Positions 39,310 to 49,290 of a DNA stretch of 64,000 nucleotides are shown piece by piece (the stretch's first letter is position 1; each line of letters begins with the position of its first letter). The translations under genes and the position numbers were made by a program. The DNA comes from Candidatus Omnitrophota bacterium (lineage in GTDB: Bacteria; Omnitrophota; Gorgyraeia; 1-14-0-20-64-10). The notes under the pieces are model-generated. The model was not told the DNA's origin. It was given only the letters and a program-made list of their open reading frames with translations, and did not search any database. The stretch covers positions 3,538 to 67,537 of the forward strand of contig JAMWCF010000001.1 of the NCBI GenBank assembly GCA_023818695.1, in the 5' to 3' direction.

Positions 39310-41631
39310 ATGCGATACGGCATGTTCCTTCGTCCCAATCTGCGCCATTCTTTCTTGCGGGCCGCACTCTGTCTCGTCCTCTCCGTCCTTCTCGCTGTCC
39401 CGGTTTGGTGCGAGGAAGGGGAATTCAAGGTGACGGCCGTGGAGGTGGAAGGCAACACCATTGTGTCTTCCGGAACGATTCTTTCGAAGATCAAAACACG
39501 GCCCGGAGACACCATCCGCCAGGCAGAGGTGGATGAGGATATCAAACGTCTTTATGCCACCGGGTTCTTTATTGATGTTTCCGCCGAGACGCGTTCCTAC
39601 CAGGACGGGCAGTTGATCCGCTTCCGGGTGAAGGAGCGGCCGCTGGTTTCCAGCATCGTGATCACGGGCAACCGCCATTTTAGGGAGAATAAGATCCGGG
39701 AGGAACTGGGGACGAAGGAGCAGGAGTTGTTGGACCGCAGGCAGTTGAAGGAGGACCTGGACAAGATCCGCCAGCTCTACCGAACGAAGGGGTTCTACCT
39801 GGCGGACATCAGCTCGGATGTCAAGATAGACGAGGCGACCAACAGGGCCACCGTTTTCATCACCGTAACGGAAGGGAAGAAAATCCGCGTCAGGAGGATT
39901 CGGTTCAGCGGCAACGAACATATCTCCAGCAAGCGTTTGCGCAAGGCGATGTCCACGAAGCAGGGATGGTGGTTCACGGCCGGCTATTACCGTCCCGAAG
40001 TCCTGGAGGATGACGAAGAGCGGCTGAAGGCACTTTACCGGTCGGAGGGCTACAGCGACGTTCGGGTGGATTCCTCCGTGCAGTTTGACGAAAAGAGAAG
40101 ATGGCTGACGGTCTCGATCATCGTTGAAGAGGGCCCCCTTTACCTCGTCGGCAACGTCCTCTTCCGCGGGGTTTCCCAGCTGCCGGAGGGGGAGCTGGCG
40201 GAGAAGCTCAAACTCCGGGCGGAGGAGCCGTTCAGCCAGGACCGTTTGGCGGAAGACGTGGCGATGGTTCAATCGGCCTATTTTGCAAAGGGATTCATGG
40301 CCGCTTCCGTGGATCCGACGACTGCCTTGAACCCTGCGACGAACCGGGTGGATGTGACCCTGCAGGTGGAGGAAGGAGCGATTTATTACGTGGGGGAGGT
40401 CTTGATCCGCGGGAACACCAAAACGCGGGATACGGTAATTCGAAGGGAATTGCTGGTTTCCCCCGGAGAGCGCTTTGACGGGGACCGCTTGAGGCGTTCC
40501 AAGGAGCGGCTTTACAACCTGGGATATTTCGAGGAGGTGACGCTGGAAACGGTGCCGTCTGAGGAACCGCAGATGCGGGACTTGGTGGTCTCCGTCAAAG
40601 AGAGCAAGACAGGCGAGTTTTCGTTTGGCGGCGGGTTCAGCTCGGTTGACAGCTTCATCGGTTTTGCGGAGATCACCCAGCGCAACTTTGATCTCTTCAA
40701 CTGGCCGACCTTTACAGGGGGCGGGCAGGAGCTCAAGTTCAGCGTTTTACTCGGGACGACCCGGAAGGATTTCGAGCTTTCGTTCACGGAACCGTGGGTG
40801 TTCGACTACCCCTATCTGTTCGGTTTCGACCTTTTCCAGACAAGCCGGATTGAGGCGGAAGGGTACAGCTTTGATTTGAGGCGGCGCGGCGGCGACCTGC
40901 GGCTCGGCAAACGGCTCGGAGATTTCGACAAGCTGGCGTTCCTCTACCGCTTGGAGCGCGTGGAGGTTTCCAATGTGGCCGACACGGCGTCGGCGCCCCT
41001 TTTGGCCGAGGTGGGGACCAACACGATTTCCGCCATCCGACTGGCTTATACCCGGGATATCCGGGACAATGTTTTCAACCCGACAAGCGGCTATCTTTTC
41101 TCCACAAACGCGGAGGTCGCGGGTTCGGTCTTGGGCGGCGACAAGGATTTCTGGAGGTGGACGGGGACGGCCTCTTATGATGTGGAGCCGTTTATCGACA
41201 ACCAGGTCCTGGAACTGCGCGCCAATCTGGGGATCGTCAACGAGTACGGTGATTCCGATGCTGTCCCGATCTTTGAGCGGTTTTTCGCTGGAGGGGCGGA
41301 CAGCATCCGGGGTTACCAGGAGCGCCGGGTGGGTCCGAAGGATGTCGTGACAAACGATCCGGTCGGCGGCGAGGCGCTGGCCGTCTTCAATGCGGAGTAC
41401 ACGGTCCCGTTCGCTGATTTTCTGAAGGGCGCGATCTTCTACGATGTCGGCAACGTATGGGCGGATATGGAGGATTTCGGGTCGGAGGGTTTTAAGTCGG
41501 GGGCGGGAGCGGGTGTTCGGGTAAAAACTCCTTTCGGGCCTGTCAAACTTGATTACGGGTTTCCGATCAATCCGGACAAGGGCGAGCGAAAGACAGGCCG
41601 GGTGCATTTTTCCGCGAGCAGAAGCTTCTAA
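39310..41631 (+). CDS. bamA: Outer membrane protein assembly factor BamA
   Basis: Signal peptide, POTRA repeats (GNTKTRDTVIRRE), IRGY motif, C-terminal F. Confidence 0.95.
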   Translation: MRYGMFLRPNLRHSFLRAALCLVLSVLLAVPVWCEEGEFKVTAVEVEGNTIVSSGTILSKIKTRPGDTIRQAEVDEDIKRLYATGFFIDVSAETRSYQDGQLIRFRVKERPLVSSIVITGNRHFRENKIREELGTKEQELLDRRQLKEDLDKIRQLYRTKGFYLADISSDVKIDEATNRATVFITVTEGKKIRVRRIRFSGNEHISSKRLRKAMSTKQGWWFTAGYYRPEVLEDDEERLKALYRSEGYSDVRVDSSVQFDEKRRWLTVSIIVEEGPLYLVGNVLFRGVSQLPEGELAEKLKLRAEEPFSQDRLAEDVAMVQSAYFAKGFMAASVDPTTALNPATNRVDVTLQVEEGAIYYVGEVLIRGNTKTRDTVIRRELLVSPGERFDGDRLRRSKERLYNLGYFEEVTLETVPSEEPQMRDLVVSVKESKTGEFSFGGGFSSVDSFIGFAEITQRNFDLFNWPTFTGGGQELKFSVLLGTTRKDFELSFTEPWVFDYPYLFGFDLFQTSRIEAEGYSFDLRRRGGDLRLGKRLGDFDKLAFLYRLERVEVSNVADTASAPLLAEVGTNTISAIRLAYTRDIRDNVFNPTSGYLFSTNAEVAGSVLGGDKDFWRWTGTASYDVEPFIDNQVLELRANLGIVNEYGDSDAVPIFERFFAGGADSIRGYQERRVGPKDVVTNDPVGGEALAVFNAEYTVPFADFLKGAIFYDVGNVWADMEDFGSEGFKSGAGAGVRVKTPFGPVKLDYGFPINPDKGERKTGRVHFSASRSF

Positions 41632-41657
41632 ACAACCTCTCTATTTCAGGTGCGGCG

Positions 41658-42197
41658 ATGAAAACAAACAAAACTTATCTCGCGTTTCTCCTCTTTTTTC
41701 TGGTCTTTTCGGCCGGGGTTCCGTTGTTGGCGGCGGAAGGGGGAGGTTCGGTCGGCAAGGTGGGCATTGTGCGCTTGAGCAAGGTTTTCGACGAATATGA
41801 GCAGACGAAAAGCTCTGAAAGCGCTCTGGAGGACATCTCCAACGCGAAACAGAGCGAGAGGGAGCGGATGGTCATCGAGATCCGGAACATGAGGGATGAG
41901 CTGCTCCTGCTCAATCAGCAGGGCCGGGCCGAGAAACAGAAGGAGATCGAGGAGAAGATGAAAAGTCTGGCTTTGTTCGAGCGCCAGGCCAAAGAGGAGC
42001 TTCAGAAGAAAAGAGAGGAATCCCTCCGCCTGATTTTTGAGCAGATTGAAGGGGTTGTCACCGAATATGCCCGGCAGAACGGTTTCCAGATGATTCTGTC
42101 GGACCGGGCTGTTTTGTACGGCGAGGATTACCTGGACGTGACGGAAGACGTGATCCGGGTCTTGAACAGCCGTCCGACGGCGACGGCAAAACGGTAA
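41658..42197 (+). CDS. skp: OmpH/Skp periplasmic chaperone
   Basis: Signal peptide, coiled coil, [11 protein letters not shown] end; follows bamA. Confidence 0.9.
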   Translation: MKTNKTYLAFLLFFLVFSAGVPLLAAEGGGSVGKVGIVRLSKVFDEYEQTKSSESALEDISNAKQSERERMVIEIRNMRDELLLLNQQGRAEKQKEIEEKMKSLALFERQAKEELQKKREESLRLIFEQIEGVVTEYARQNGFQMILSDRAVLYGEDYLDVTEDVIRVLNSRPTATAKR

Positions 42198-42208
42198 CAG
42201 ATTTCTCT

Positions 42209-43303
42209 ATGGTGCTCAAAAAGGGCAGAAAAGCAGGCGCGACGAGGGCCGTTTCAGCCCGGCGTTTGAAGGAGTTGGCAAGGCTGGTTTCCGGCGAGGT
42301 TGTCGGCGACGGCAACACCCTGATCACCGGGATCTGTGGGATCAAAGAAGCCCGTGCCGGAGACATCACCTTCATTGCCAACTCCAAGTACCAGCATCTG
42401 CTGCAAACGACGCAGGCCTCGGCGGTCATCACCTCCCGCGATGTGCAGACCGCCCCGAAGCCGATCATCCGGACCGACAATCCGTCCCTGGCTTTTTCAA
42501 AGCTTGTTTCTCACTTCGTTCCCTCGGTCCAGAAGCATCCTTCCGGGGTCAGCCCGAGGGCTTTCATCGGCAAGGGGGTCCGTGTGGGCAAGGGGGCGGC
42601 GGTTGGCCCGTTTGCCGTCGTGGAAGAAGGGGCCAGCATTGGGGACAGGACGGTTGTGTACGCCGGCGCCTACATCGGAAGGGACGCCTCTGTCGGCAAC
42701 GACTGCCTGATTTATCCCCACGTCACCATCCGTGAGAGGGTGGAGATAGGCCACCGGGTCATCGTCCATTCCGGTAGCGTCATCGGCTCCGACGGGTTCG
42801 GGTTCGCCACGGTGCAGGGGGTCCACCATAAAATCCCGCAGATCGGCACAGTCATCGTGGAGGACGATGTGGAGATCGGAGCCAACGTGACCATCGACCG
42901 GGCCCGCTTCGGCAAGACCCTCATCGGCAGGGGGACAAAGATTGACAACCTGGTCCAGATTGCCCACAACGTGATCGTGGGACCCAACAGCATCCTGGTT
43001 TCCCAGTCGGGCATTTCCGGGTCGACCGTTCTGGGCAGCAACGTTGTCTTGGCCGGACAGGCCGGTTTGGTGGGCCATATCACCATCGGCGACAACGTGA
43101 TGGTGGGAGGGCAGTCCGGTGTCACGAAATCGGTTCCTCCTAACACCCACGTGTGGGGGATTCCCGCCAAGCCTTTGGCGAAGGCCAAGCGGATCAACGC
43201 GGTGGTGCAGCGCTTACCCGAACTTCATAAGACGGTTGAAATGTTGGAGCAGCGGATAGAAGAACTGGAAAGGGAACGTGGAAGAAAGTCAGTCCCCCCC
43301 TAA
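42209..43303 (+). CDS. lpxD: UDP-3-O-acylglucosamine N-acyltransferase
   Basis: [24 protein letters not shown]. Confidence 0.96.
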   Translation: MVLKKGRKAGATRAVSARRLKELARLVSGEVVGDGNTLITGICGIKEARAGDITFIANSKYQHLLQTTQASAVITSRDVQTAPKPIIRTDNPSLAFSKLVSHFVPSVQKHPSGVSPRAFIGKGVRVGKGAAVGPFAVVEEGASIGDRTVVYAGAYIGRDASVGNDCLIYPHVTIRERVEIGHRVIVHSGSVIGSDGFGFATVQGVHHKIPQIGTVIVEDDVEIGANVTIDRARFGKTLIGRGTKIDNLVQIAHNVIVGPNSILVSQSGISGSTVLGSNVVLAGQAGLVGHITIGDNVMVGGQSGVTKSVPPNTHVWGIPAKPLAKAKRINAVVQRLPELHKTVEMLEQRIEELERERGRKSVPP

Positions 43304-44627
43304 ACAGCAGACCATCAAGCGTCCGGTCCGGATCGAGGGGGTGGGCCTTCATACCGGGTGTTCGGTCAGGGCCGAGTTCAGGCCGGCTCCGCCGGATTCG
43401 GGGATCCTCTTCCAGAGGACCGATCTGGCCGGAACAGGGCCGATCCGGGCTTCCGTGTCCGCGATCCTGGACGCGAGTCGGCGTCTGCGCCGCACATCCA
43501 TCGGGAACTCCGCCGTGGAGGTCCATACAATCGAGCACCTGATGGCCAGCTGCGTCGGCCTCGGGATCGACAACCTGCTGGTGGAACTCAATAACGAGGA
43601 AGTCCCAGGACTGGACGGTTCCGCCTATCCGTTCCTGGAGATCTTCAAGCAGGCGGGCCTCCAGGAGCAGAACGCGGCCAAGAAGATGATCCAGATCCGG
43701 GAGCCGGTCTGGGTGGAGGATGAGGCGGCCGTTGTGGCGGTTTTCCCCAGTGAGACGTTCCGCGTTTCGTATACCTTGAGCTACCCCGTTCCCGGCCTGA
43801 CGGCCCAGTTCTTCTCGGCCAGCGTCACGCCGCAGCTTTTTGAAACCGACCTAGCTCCCTCCAGAACCTTTTGCCTGGCCCAGGAGGTGGAGGCATTGAG
43901 GAAGATTGGTCTTGGCAAGGGGGCCAATTATGAAAATACCGTTGTGGTCGACAACACCGGCCGGGTCGTCAACAACCACCTGCGGTATCCGGATGAATTC
44001 GTGCGTCATAAGGTGATTGATCTGATCGGCGACATGTATCTTCTGGGCAGGCCCCTGCAGGGACATGTGCTGGCTTTCCGGTCGGGCCATGCCTTGAACT
44101 TGAAGCTGATCCATAAGATCCAGCAGACGCTGGATCGGGGTCGGGAGAGCGGCATCAAGGCCCAGTACATCGAGCCGGAGGCCTCCTCGCTTGACATCCT
44201 TGCGATCGAGAGAATTCTGCCTCACCGCTACCCCTTCCTGCTGGTGGACAAGGTGACGGAGATTGTTCCGGACAAACGGGCCTCCGGCGTCAAGAATGTC
44301 ACCATCAACGAGCAGTTTTTCACAGGCCATTTCCCGAAGCGTCCTGTCATGCCAGGCGTTCTCATCATCGAGGCGCTGGCGCAGCTTTCCGGCCTGCTCC
44401 TCCTGAATAAACCGGAGAATCTCGGCAAGTACGCCTATTTCATTGCGATGGACAATGTTCGGTTCCGGCGGACCGTCTTGCCGGGAGATACCCTTCATCT
44501 GGAGACGGAGGTCCTCAAGCTCCGGACGAAAACCGGACAGATGAGGACCCGGGCCCTCGTCGATGGAAAGGTCGCCGCCGAGGCGGATCTGATGTTTGCC
44601 CTTTTAGAGGGGGATGAGAAGCTGTAG
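43278..44627 (+). CDS. lpxC-fabZ: Bifunctional LpxC / FabZ fusion
   Basis: [22 protein letters not shown] (LpxC); [24 protein letters not shown] (FabZ). Confidence 0.96.
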   Translation: MEESQSPPKQQTIKRPVRIEGVGLHTGCSVRAEFRPAPPDSGILFQRTDLAGTGPIRASVSAILDASRRLRRTSIGNSAVEVHTIEHLMASCVGLGIDNLLVELNNEEVPGLDGSAYPFLEIFKQAGLQEQNAAKKMIQIREPVWVEDEAAVVAVFPSETFRVSYTLSYPVPGLTAQFFSASVTPQLFETDLAPSRTFCLAQEVEALRKIGLGKGANYENTVVVDNTGRVVNNHLRYPDEFVRHKVIDLIGDMYLLGRPLQGHVLAFRSGHALNLKLIHKIQQTLDRGRESGIKAQYIEPEASSLDILAIERILPHRYPFLLVDKVTEIVPDKRASGVKNVTINEQFFTGHFPKRPVMPGVLIIEALAQLSGLLLLNKPENLGKYAYFIAMDNVRFRRTVLPGDTLHLETEVLKLRTKTGQMRTRALVDGKVAAEADLMFALLEGDEKL

Positions 44628-44639
44628 GCAGAAGGGAAA

Positions 44640-45443
44640 ATGGCCAAATTAGGGCTCATTGCCGGCAACAGGGCATTCCCCATCCATGTCGCCAGGGCGG
44701 CGAAGGGGCAGGGGTACGAGGTGGTGGCGATCGGCTTGAAGGAGGAGACGGTCTCCTCCCTGGAGTCGGAGGTTCAGCGGATGTATTGGCTGACCCTGGA
44801 CAAAATTGGTCAGGTTCCGGAAATTCTGAAAGAAGAAGGAATCAAGGAGCTGATCCTGGCCGGGCAGATCAAGCCGGAGAGATTGCTCCAAGGGGACGGC
44901 CGTTTTGAGGGACCGGCGCAGCAGCTGTTGAGGATGATGCCGGACCGTTCCGGGGCCTCCGCGATGAAGCTGGCCGTCCACTATCTGGAATCCCAGGGGT
45001 TCCGCGTCCTGGATTCCAGTCATTTCCTGAAGGAATGGATCCCCTCTGCCGGCCTCTTGACGCGCAGGACGCCGACCGATGAGGAGCAGGCGGACGTTGC
45101 CTACGGGATCCCTCTGGCCAGGGATTTGAACCGCTTGGGGATCGGCCAGACGCTGGTGATCCGGCGCAAGGCGGTCGTGGCCGTTGAGGGGATGGAGGGG
45201 ACGGACGCCGCCGTCCGCAGGGCCGGCCAGGTGGCGGGTACCGGCTGCGTGGTCGTCAAGGCATGCGGACCGCAGCACGACATGCGGTTCGACATCCCGG
45301 TGGTCGGTTCAGAAACGTTGAAAGCCATGAAAGAGGCAGGCGCCTCCTGCATCGGCGTGGAGGCTAAGCGGACCCTCCTGTTTGAGAAGCCGCAGCTGAT
45401 CCGGTTCGCGGACGAGACCGGCCTTTCCATCATCGCTGTTTAG
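44640..45443 (+). CDS. lpxI: UDP-2,3-diacylglucosamine pyrophosphatase LpxI
   Basis: LGLIAG, IGQT, AVEGMEGTD, DMRFDIPVVG. Confidence 0.92.
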   Translation: MAKLGLIAGNRAFPIHVARAAKGQGYEVVAIGLKEETVSSLESEVQRMYWLTLDKIGQVPEILKEEGIKELILAGQIKPERLLQGDGRFEGPAQQLLRMMPDRSGASAMKLAVHYLESQGFRVLDSSHFLKEWIPSAGLLTRRTPTDEEQADVAYGIPLARDLNRLGIGQTLVIRRKAVVAVEGMEGTDAAVRRAGQVAGTGCVVVKACGPQHDMRFDIPVVGSETLKAMKEAGASCIGVEAKRTLLFEKPQLIRFADETGLSIIAV

Positions 45444-45446
45444 TCC

Positions 45447-47150
45447 ATGAATCTCCGAATCGCTCTTGCGCAGATCAACGTGACGGTCGGCGACTTCCCC
45501 GGCAATGAGGCGAAGATAACGGAATCCTTTGCCGAGGCCCGGAGGAAAGGAGCCGATCTGGTTGTCTTTCCGGAGCTGGCTGTCACCGGCTATCCGCCCG
45601 AAGACCTCCTTTTCAAAAAGGCGTTCGTTCGGGCCGGTCTCCGGGCCGCAGACCGGCTGGTGAAGCGGTGCGACAAGGGCGTCGGTTTCATCGGTTTCGT
45701 TGATGAGGACGCGGGCGGCCGGATCTACAACGCGGCGGCAGTCTGTTTCAAAGGGACATGGGTCGGCCGGCACCGGAAGATGGAGCTGCCCAATTACGGG
45801 GTTTTCGATGAAAAGAGATATTTCACGCCGGGGTCGGCCCCTTTCCTGGCGGATTGCGTTGTCGACCCGAAACATGCCGTCCGGATCGGTGTTTCCGTCT
45901 GCGAAGACATCTGGGTGGACGGGGGGCCGACCCGCATTCAAGCGCAAAAAAGGTGCCGCATTCTGGTCAACCTGTCCGCCTCTCCCTACCATACCGGCAA
46001 GCGGCTGTCGAGAGAGCGGATGCTGATCCGCAGAGCGCGGGAGTGCACATGCTGGATTGTATACCTGAATCTCGTCGGGGGACAGGACGAGCTGGTTTTT
46101 GACGGCGGGTCGATGGTGGTCAACCCGTCAGGGAAGGTTGTCTTCCGCGCCCCCCAATTTGAGGAAGGGGTTTTCCTGACCGAGATTTCAGTTTCGCCGA
46201 CGGCGGTCCCACCTTCCCGGGAGATCCCGCAGTTGAAGCTTGGCCGGCGGCGCGGCGCCGGCCGCGCGGTGTTGAATCGCTCCGCCAAAGTCTTGGAGCC
46301 GGATGAGGAGATCTTCAAGGCGCTGGTCCTGGGGTTGAAGGATTACGTCCATAAGAATGGTTTTTCCCATGTCGTCGTGGGTTTGAGCGGCGGCATCGAT
46401 TCGGCCGTGACGGCTGCCATTGCCGTGGCCGCCCTGGGGAACCACTCGGTGACAGGGGTCTCCATGCCGTCCCGGTACTCCTCGGCGGAAACGAAGCAGG
46501 ACGCCCATGCTGTGGCCGCGTCGCTGGGGATCCAGTTCCTGGAGATCCCCATCGAAGGGATGTTGCAGGCCTCCCTGCGGAGTCTGGAGCCGGTCTTCAT
46601 GGGGCTTGAACCGAACGTCACGGAGGAGAACATCCAGGCGCGCCTGCGGGGGATGCTCCTGATGGCGCTGTCCAACAAATTCGGCTGGCTTGTACTGGCC
46701 ACAGGGAATAAATCGGAGATCTCCACCGGCTACTGCACCCTTTACGGGGACATGGTGGGCGGTTTCGCCGTCATCAAGGATGTTCCGAAGACCTGGGTTT
46801 ACCGGGTCGGCCGTTTCGCCAACAGGCATTTCGGCCGAGCCGTCATCCCGGAGTCGACGTTCAAAAGAGTCCCCACGGCCGAACTGAAGCCCGGCCAGAA
46901 AGATCAGGATATTCTGCCGCCGTACAGCCGTCTGGATTCGGTGATCCGCGCTTACGTGGAGGAGAACAAGCCGATCCAGGAAATCCGGCGGACATCGGGG
47001 TTGTCGAAGAAGGCCCTGGAGTCGGTGATTCAGATGATCGATCGGTCTGAGTACAAGCGTCGGCAAGCCCCTCTGGGGATCAAGATCACCCCGAGGGCTT
47101 ACGGCCGGGATAGAAGGATGCCTTTGACCAGTCAATTCAGGGAGTTCTGA
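45447..47150 (+). CDS. nadE: Glutamine-dependent NAD+ synthetase
   Basis: Nitrilase domain (FPEL, KMELPNY, CEDIW) plus GLSGGIDS, TGNKSE, EYKRRQAP. Confidence 0.97.
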   Translation: MNLRIALAQINVTVGDFPGNEAKITESFAEARRKGADLVVFPELAVTGYPPEDLLFKKAFVRAGLRAADRLVKRCDKGVGFIGFVDEDAGGRIYNAAAVCFKGTWVGRHRKMELPNYGVFDEKRYFTPGSAPFLADCVVDPKHAVRIGVSVCEDIWVDGGPTRIQAQKRCRILVNLSASPYHTGKRLSRERMLIRRARECTCWIVYLNLVGGQDELVFDGGSMVVNPSGKVVFRAPQFEEGVFLTEISVSPTAVPPSREIPQLKLGRRRGAGRAVLNRSAKVLEPDEEIFKALVLGLKDYVHKNGFSHVVVGLSGGIDSAVTAAIAVAALGNHSVTGVSMPSRYSSAETKQDAHAVAASLGIQFLEIPIEGMLQASLRSLEPVFMGLEPNVTEENIQARLRGMLLMALSNKFGWLVLATGNKSEISTGYCTLYGDMVGGFAVIKDVPKTWVYRVGRFANRHFGRAVIPESTFKRVPTAELKPGQKDQDILPPYSRLDSVIRAYVEENKPIQEIRRTSGLSKKALESVIQMIDRSEYKRRQAPLGIKITPRAYGRDRRMPLTSQFREF

Positions 47151-47827
47151 TGGAGTCGCTGCTTTTGATCGAATCGAACGGATCCTCCTTAAAGCAGGTG
47201 AAGTCCCAGTTCGTTCGCTCCGGGTTCCGTGTCGTTGTCTGCGATGCGGCCGGCCTGGAGCGTTTGGACGCGGGTAAGGAGAGGTTCCTTCTGATCGTGG
47301 CGGATGGCACCGATTCCTCCCGCCTGGCGGGAACCGTCGCGCAGGTCCGGTCCAAGCCCTTCCTGAAGGAGATTGGCCTGGTTCTACTGATCAAAGAATC
47401 ACAAATGAAGGAGCTGGGGCAGCTGACAGGGGTGGAGGATTTCCTGATCCTTCCGTGCGACCCGTCCATGGTGGAGTCGAGGGTTCGGTTTGTTCTCAAG
47501 CGGATGAACCGCTCCGCACCGGGTGAAGAGGGAATCCAGGTCGGCAAGCTGAAACTGGACATCGACCGTTACGAGGTGACACTGGACGGGGAGCCGCTGG
47601 AGCTGACCTACAAGGAATTCGAGCTCTTGAAATTTCTGGCGACCCACCCCGGCAAGGTTTTCAGCAGAGACCAGCTCTTAAACCAGGTTTGGGGCTATGA
47701 TTTCATCGGAGGGACCCGGACCGTGGATGTTCACATCCGCCGATTGAGGGCCAAGCTCGGTCCGAAATACGCTTCCTTAATAGATACCGTCCGGAACGTT
47801 GGCTACAAGTTCCTCGAAAATCTTTAA
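47150..47827 (+). CDS. glnR: Orphan OmpR-family regulator of actinobacterial GlnR type
   Basis: wHTH LTYKEFELLKFLATHPGKVFSRDQLLNQVWGYDFIGGTRTVDVHIRRLRAKLG..SLIDTVRNVGY; atypical receiver; adjacent to amtB/glnK/glnA. Confidence 0.8.
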   Translation: MESLLLIESNGSSLKQVKSQFVRSGFRVVVCDAAGLERLDAGKERFLLIVADGTDSSRLAGTVAQVRSKPFLKEIGLVLLIKESQMKELGQLTGVEDFLILPCDPSMVESRVRFVLKRMNRSAPGEEGIQVGKLKLDIDRYEVTLDGEPLELTYKEFELLKFLATHPGKVFSRDQLLNQVWGYDFIGGTRTVDVHIRRLRAKLGPKYASLIDTVRNVGYKFLENL

Positions 47828-47830
47828 CCG

Positions 47831-47868
47831 TTTACACGGATTTAACATTTCTGATATTTTCGCGTAAC
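47831..47868 (+). promoter_or_regulatory. Putative GlnR box upstream of porin-amtB-glnK
   Basis: TTTAC-N6-TTAAC-N6-GATAT-N6-GTAAC; shares GGATTTAACAT with the glnA promoter. Confidence 0.7.
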
Positions 47869-47959
47869 CTTCCTCCTTAAACTGCACCAAAACGGTTCAA
47901 GCTTCTTTTCTTTGAGCACAGAACAGCAGGATTTCAAATTTAAGGAGGGCAGCTCCCCG

Positions 47960-49228
47960 ATGATCTTTGTGGTTCGAAGGTTCGTTTTTATGTCTTTGGC
48001 GACGGCGGTTGGTTTTTTCGCCTTTCCCGTGAGCCCGTCTGTGGCTGACGAAACAGCCGATCTCATGCAGGAGATCAAAGAGTTGAAGTCCCGCCTGGCA
48101 TCTCTGGAGAGCCGGTTGGCCAAGCAGGAGGCCAAGCCGTCTTCCGCTGCGGCCCTGAGCGCCGTGTCCGATTCGGACGTTCCGTCCTGGGTCAGGAAGG
48201 TTGATATCAGTGGTTTCGTGGATGTGTCCTATGTTTACAACTTCGATGAGCCAAAAACCACTGGTGCCAACGGTCTGCGTGTTTTTGACACCGAGCCAAA
48301 CGGTTTCCAGCCCAATGCCTTCGAGTTGGTCGTCCAGAAGCCGGTTTCCACCGACTCGCCAGTCGGCTTCCGGGCCGATCTGGATGTCGGCGAGGATGCC
48401 GAGATCGTGGGGTCGGTGACAACCGGTTTGGGGTCGACAACCGATGAAATCGATCTTCAGCAGGCCTATGTGGAGGCGCTGGTGCCTGTCGGCAGCGGGT
48501 TGAACGTGAAGGCGGGGAAATTTGTGACGCTCCACGGGGCGGAGGTCATCGAATCGAAGGACAACTGGAATTTTTCGAGGTCCTATCTCTTCGGCTACGC
48601 TATTCCCTTTACGCACACGGGTGTCCGGTTGAGCTACCCGCTTACGTCGTGGTTGACCACGACGGCCGGCGTGAGCAATGGCTGGGATGTAGTGGATGAC
48701 AACAACACCGGCAAGACGCTTGAATGGATGCTGGCGGCAACGCCGACCGCGAAAACCTCCCTCTGCGCTACTGTCATGTATGGCCCGGAGCAGACCAATG
48801 ATAACCATGACGACCGGTTTCTGCTGGATGTCGTTCTCGGCTACAACCCCTGTGAGAGATTGTCATTGAAGCTGAACTATGACTATGGGCAGGAGCATGA
48901 CGCGACAATTGAAGACCTGGAGGACGCCAGCTGGCACGGGGTGGCCGGCTACGCCCGGTACCAATTCAACGACTGGTACGCCCTGGCCCTGCGCAGCGAG
49001 TATTTCGTCGATTACGACGGCATCCGGACCGGGGTTCGCGCCGCCAACGGGGTGGGAGACGTTGGTTTGTGGGAATTAACCGTCACAAACGAATTCAAGC
49101 TGTATAAAGATCTCATCACCCGGCTGGAGTACCGTCACGATCACGCCACCAACTCGGTTTTCGCTTCCGGCGGCGGTACCGACAACACGCAAGATACGAT
49201 CAGTCTGGAAGCGATCTATCCGTTCTGA
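47960..49228 (+). CDS. Putative outer-membrane beta-barrel porin (OmpL-like/BBP2 type), nitrogen-linked
   Basis: AAGGAGG RBS; signal peptide; coiled-coil leader; LQQAYV, AGKFVTLHGAEVIES..NWNFSRSYLF, PFTHTGVR; ends YPF. Confidence 0.82.
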   Translation: MIFVVRRFVFMSLATAVGFFAFPVSPSVADETADLMQEIKELKSRLASLESRLAKQEAKPSSAAALSAVSDSDVPSWVRKVDISGFVDVSYVYNFDEPKTTGANGLRVFDTEPNGFQPNAFELVVQKPVSTDSPVGFRADLDVGEDAEIVGSVTTGLGSTTDEIDLQQAYVEALVPVGSGLNVKAGKFVTLHGAEVIESKDNWNFSRSYLFGYAIPFTHTGVRLSYPLTSWLTTTAGVSNGWDVVDDNNTGKTLEWMLAATPTAKTSLCATVMYGPEQTNDNHDDRFLLDVVLGYNPCERLSLKLNYDYGQEHDATIEDLEDASWHGVAGYARYQFNDWYALALRSEYFVDYDGIRTGVRAANGVGDVGLWELTVTNEFKLYKDLITRLEYRHDHATNSVFASGGGTDNTQDTISLEAIYPF

Positions 49229-49290
49229 ATTTTTGATTCGAAGGGTAACAGCGATAGAATGAGTCACATGACGAAGGGAGGATTTTTGAA

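Noticed and set aside
49229-49290. GTAAC and GTCAC half-sites between the porin and amtB as a third GlnR box
   Set aside because: Spacing is 18 bp, not a multiple of the 11-bp period
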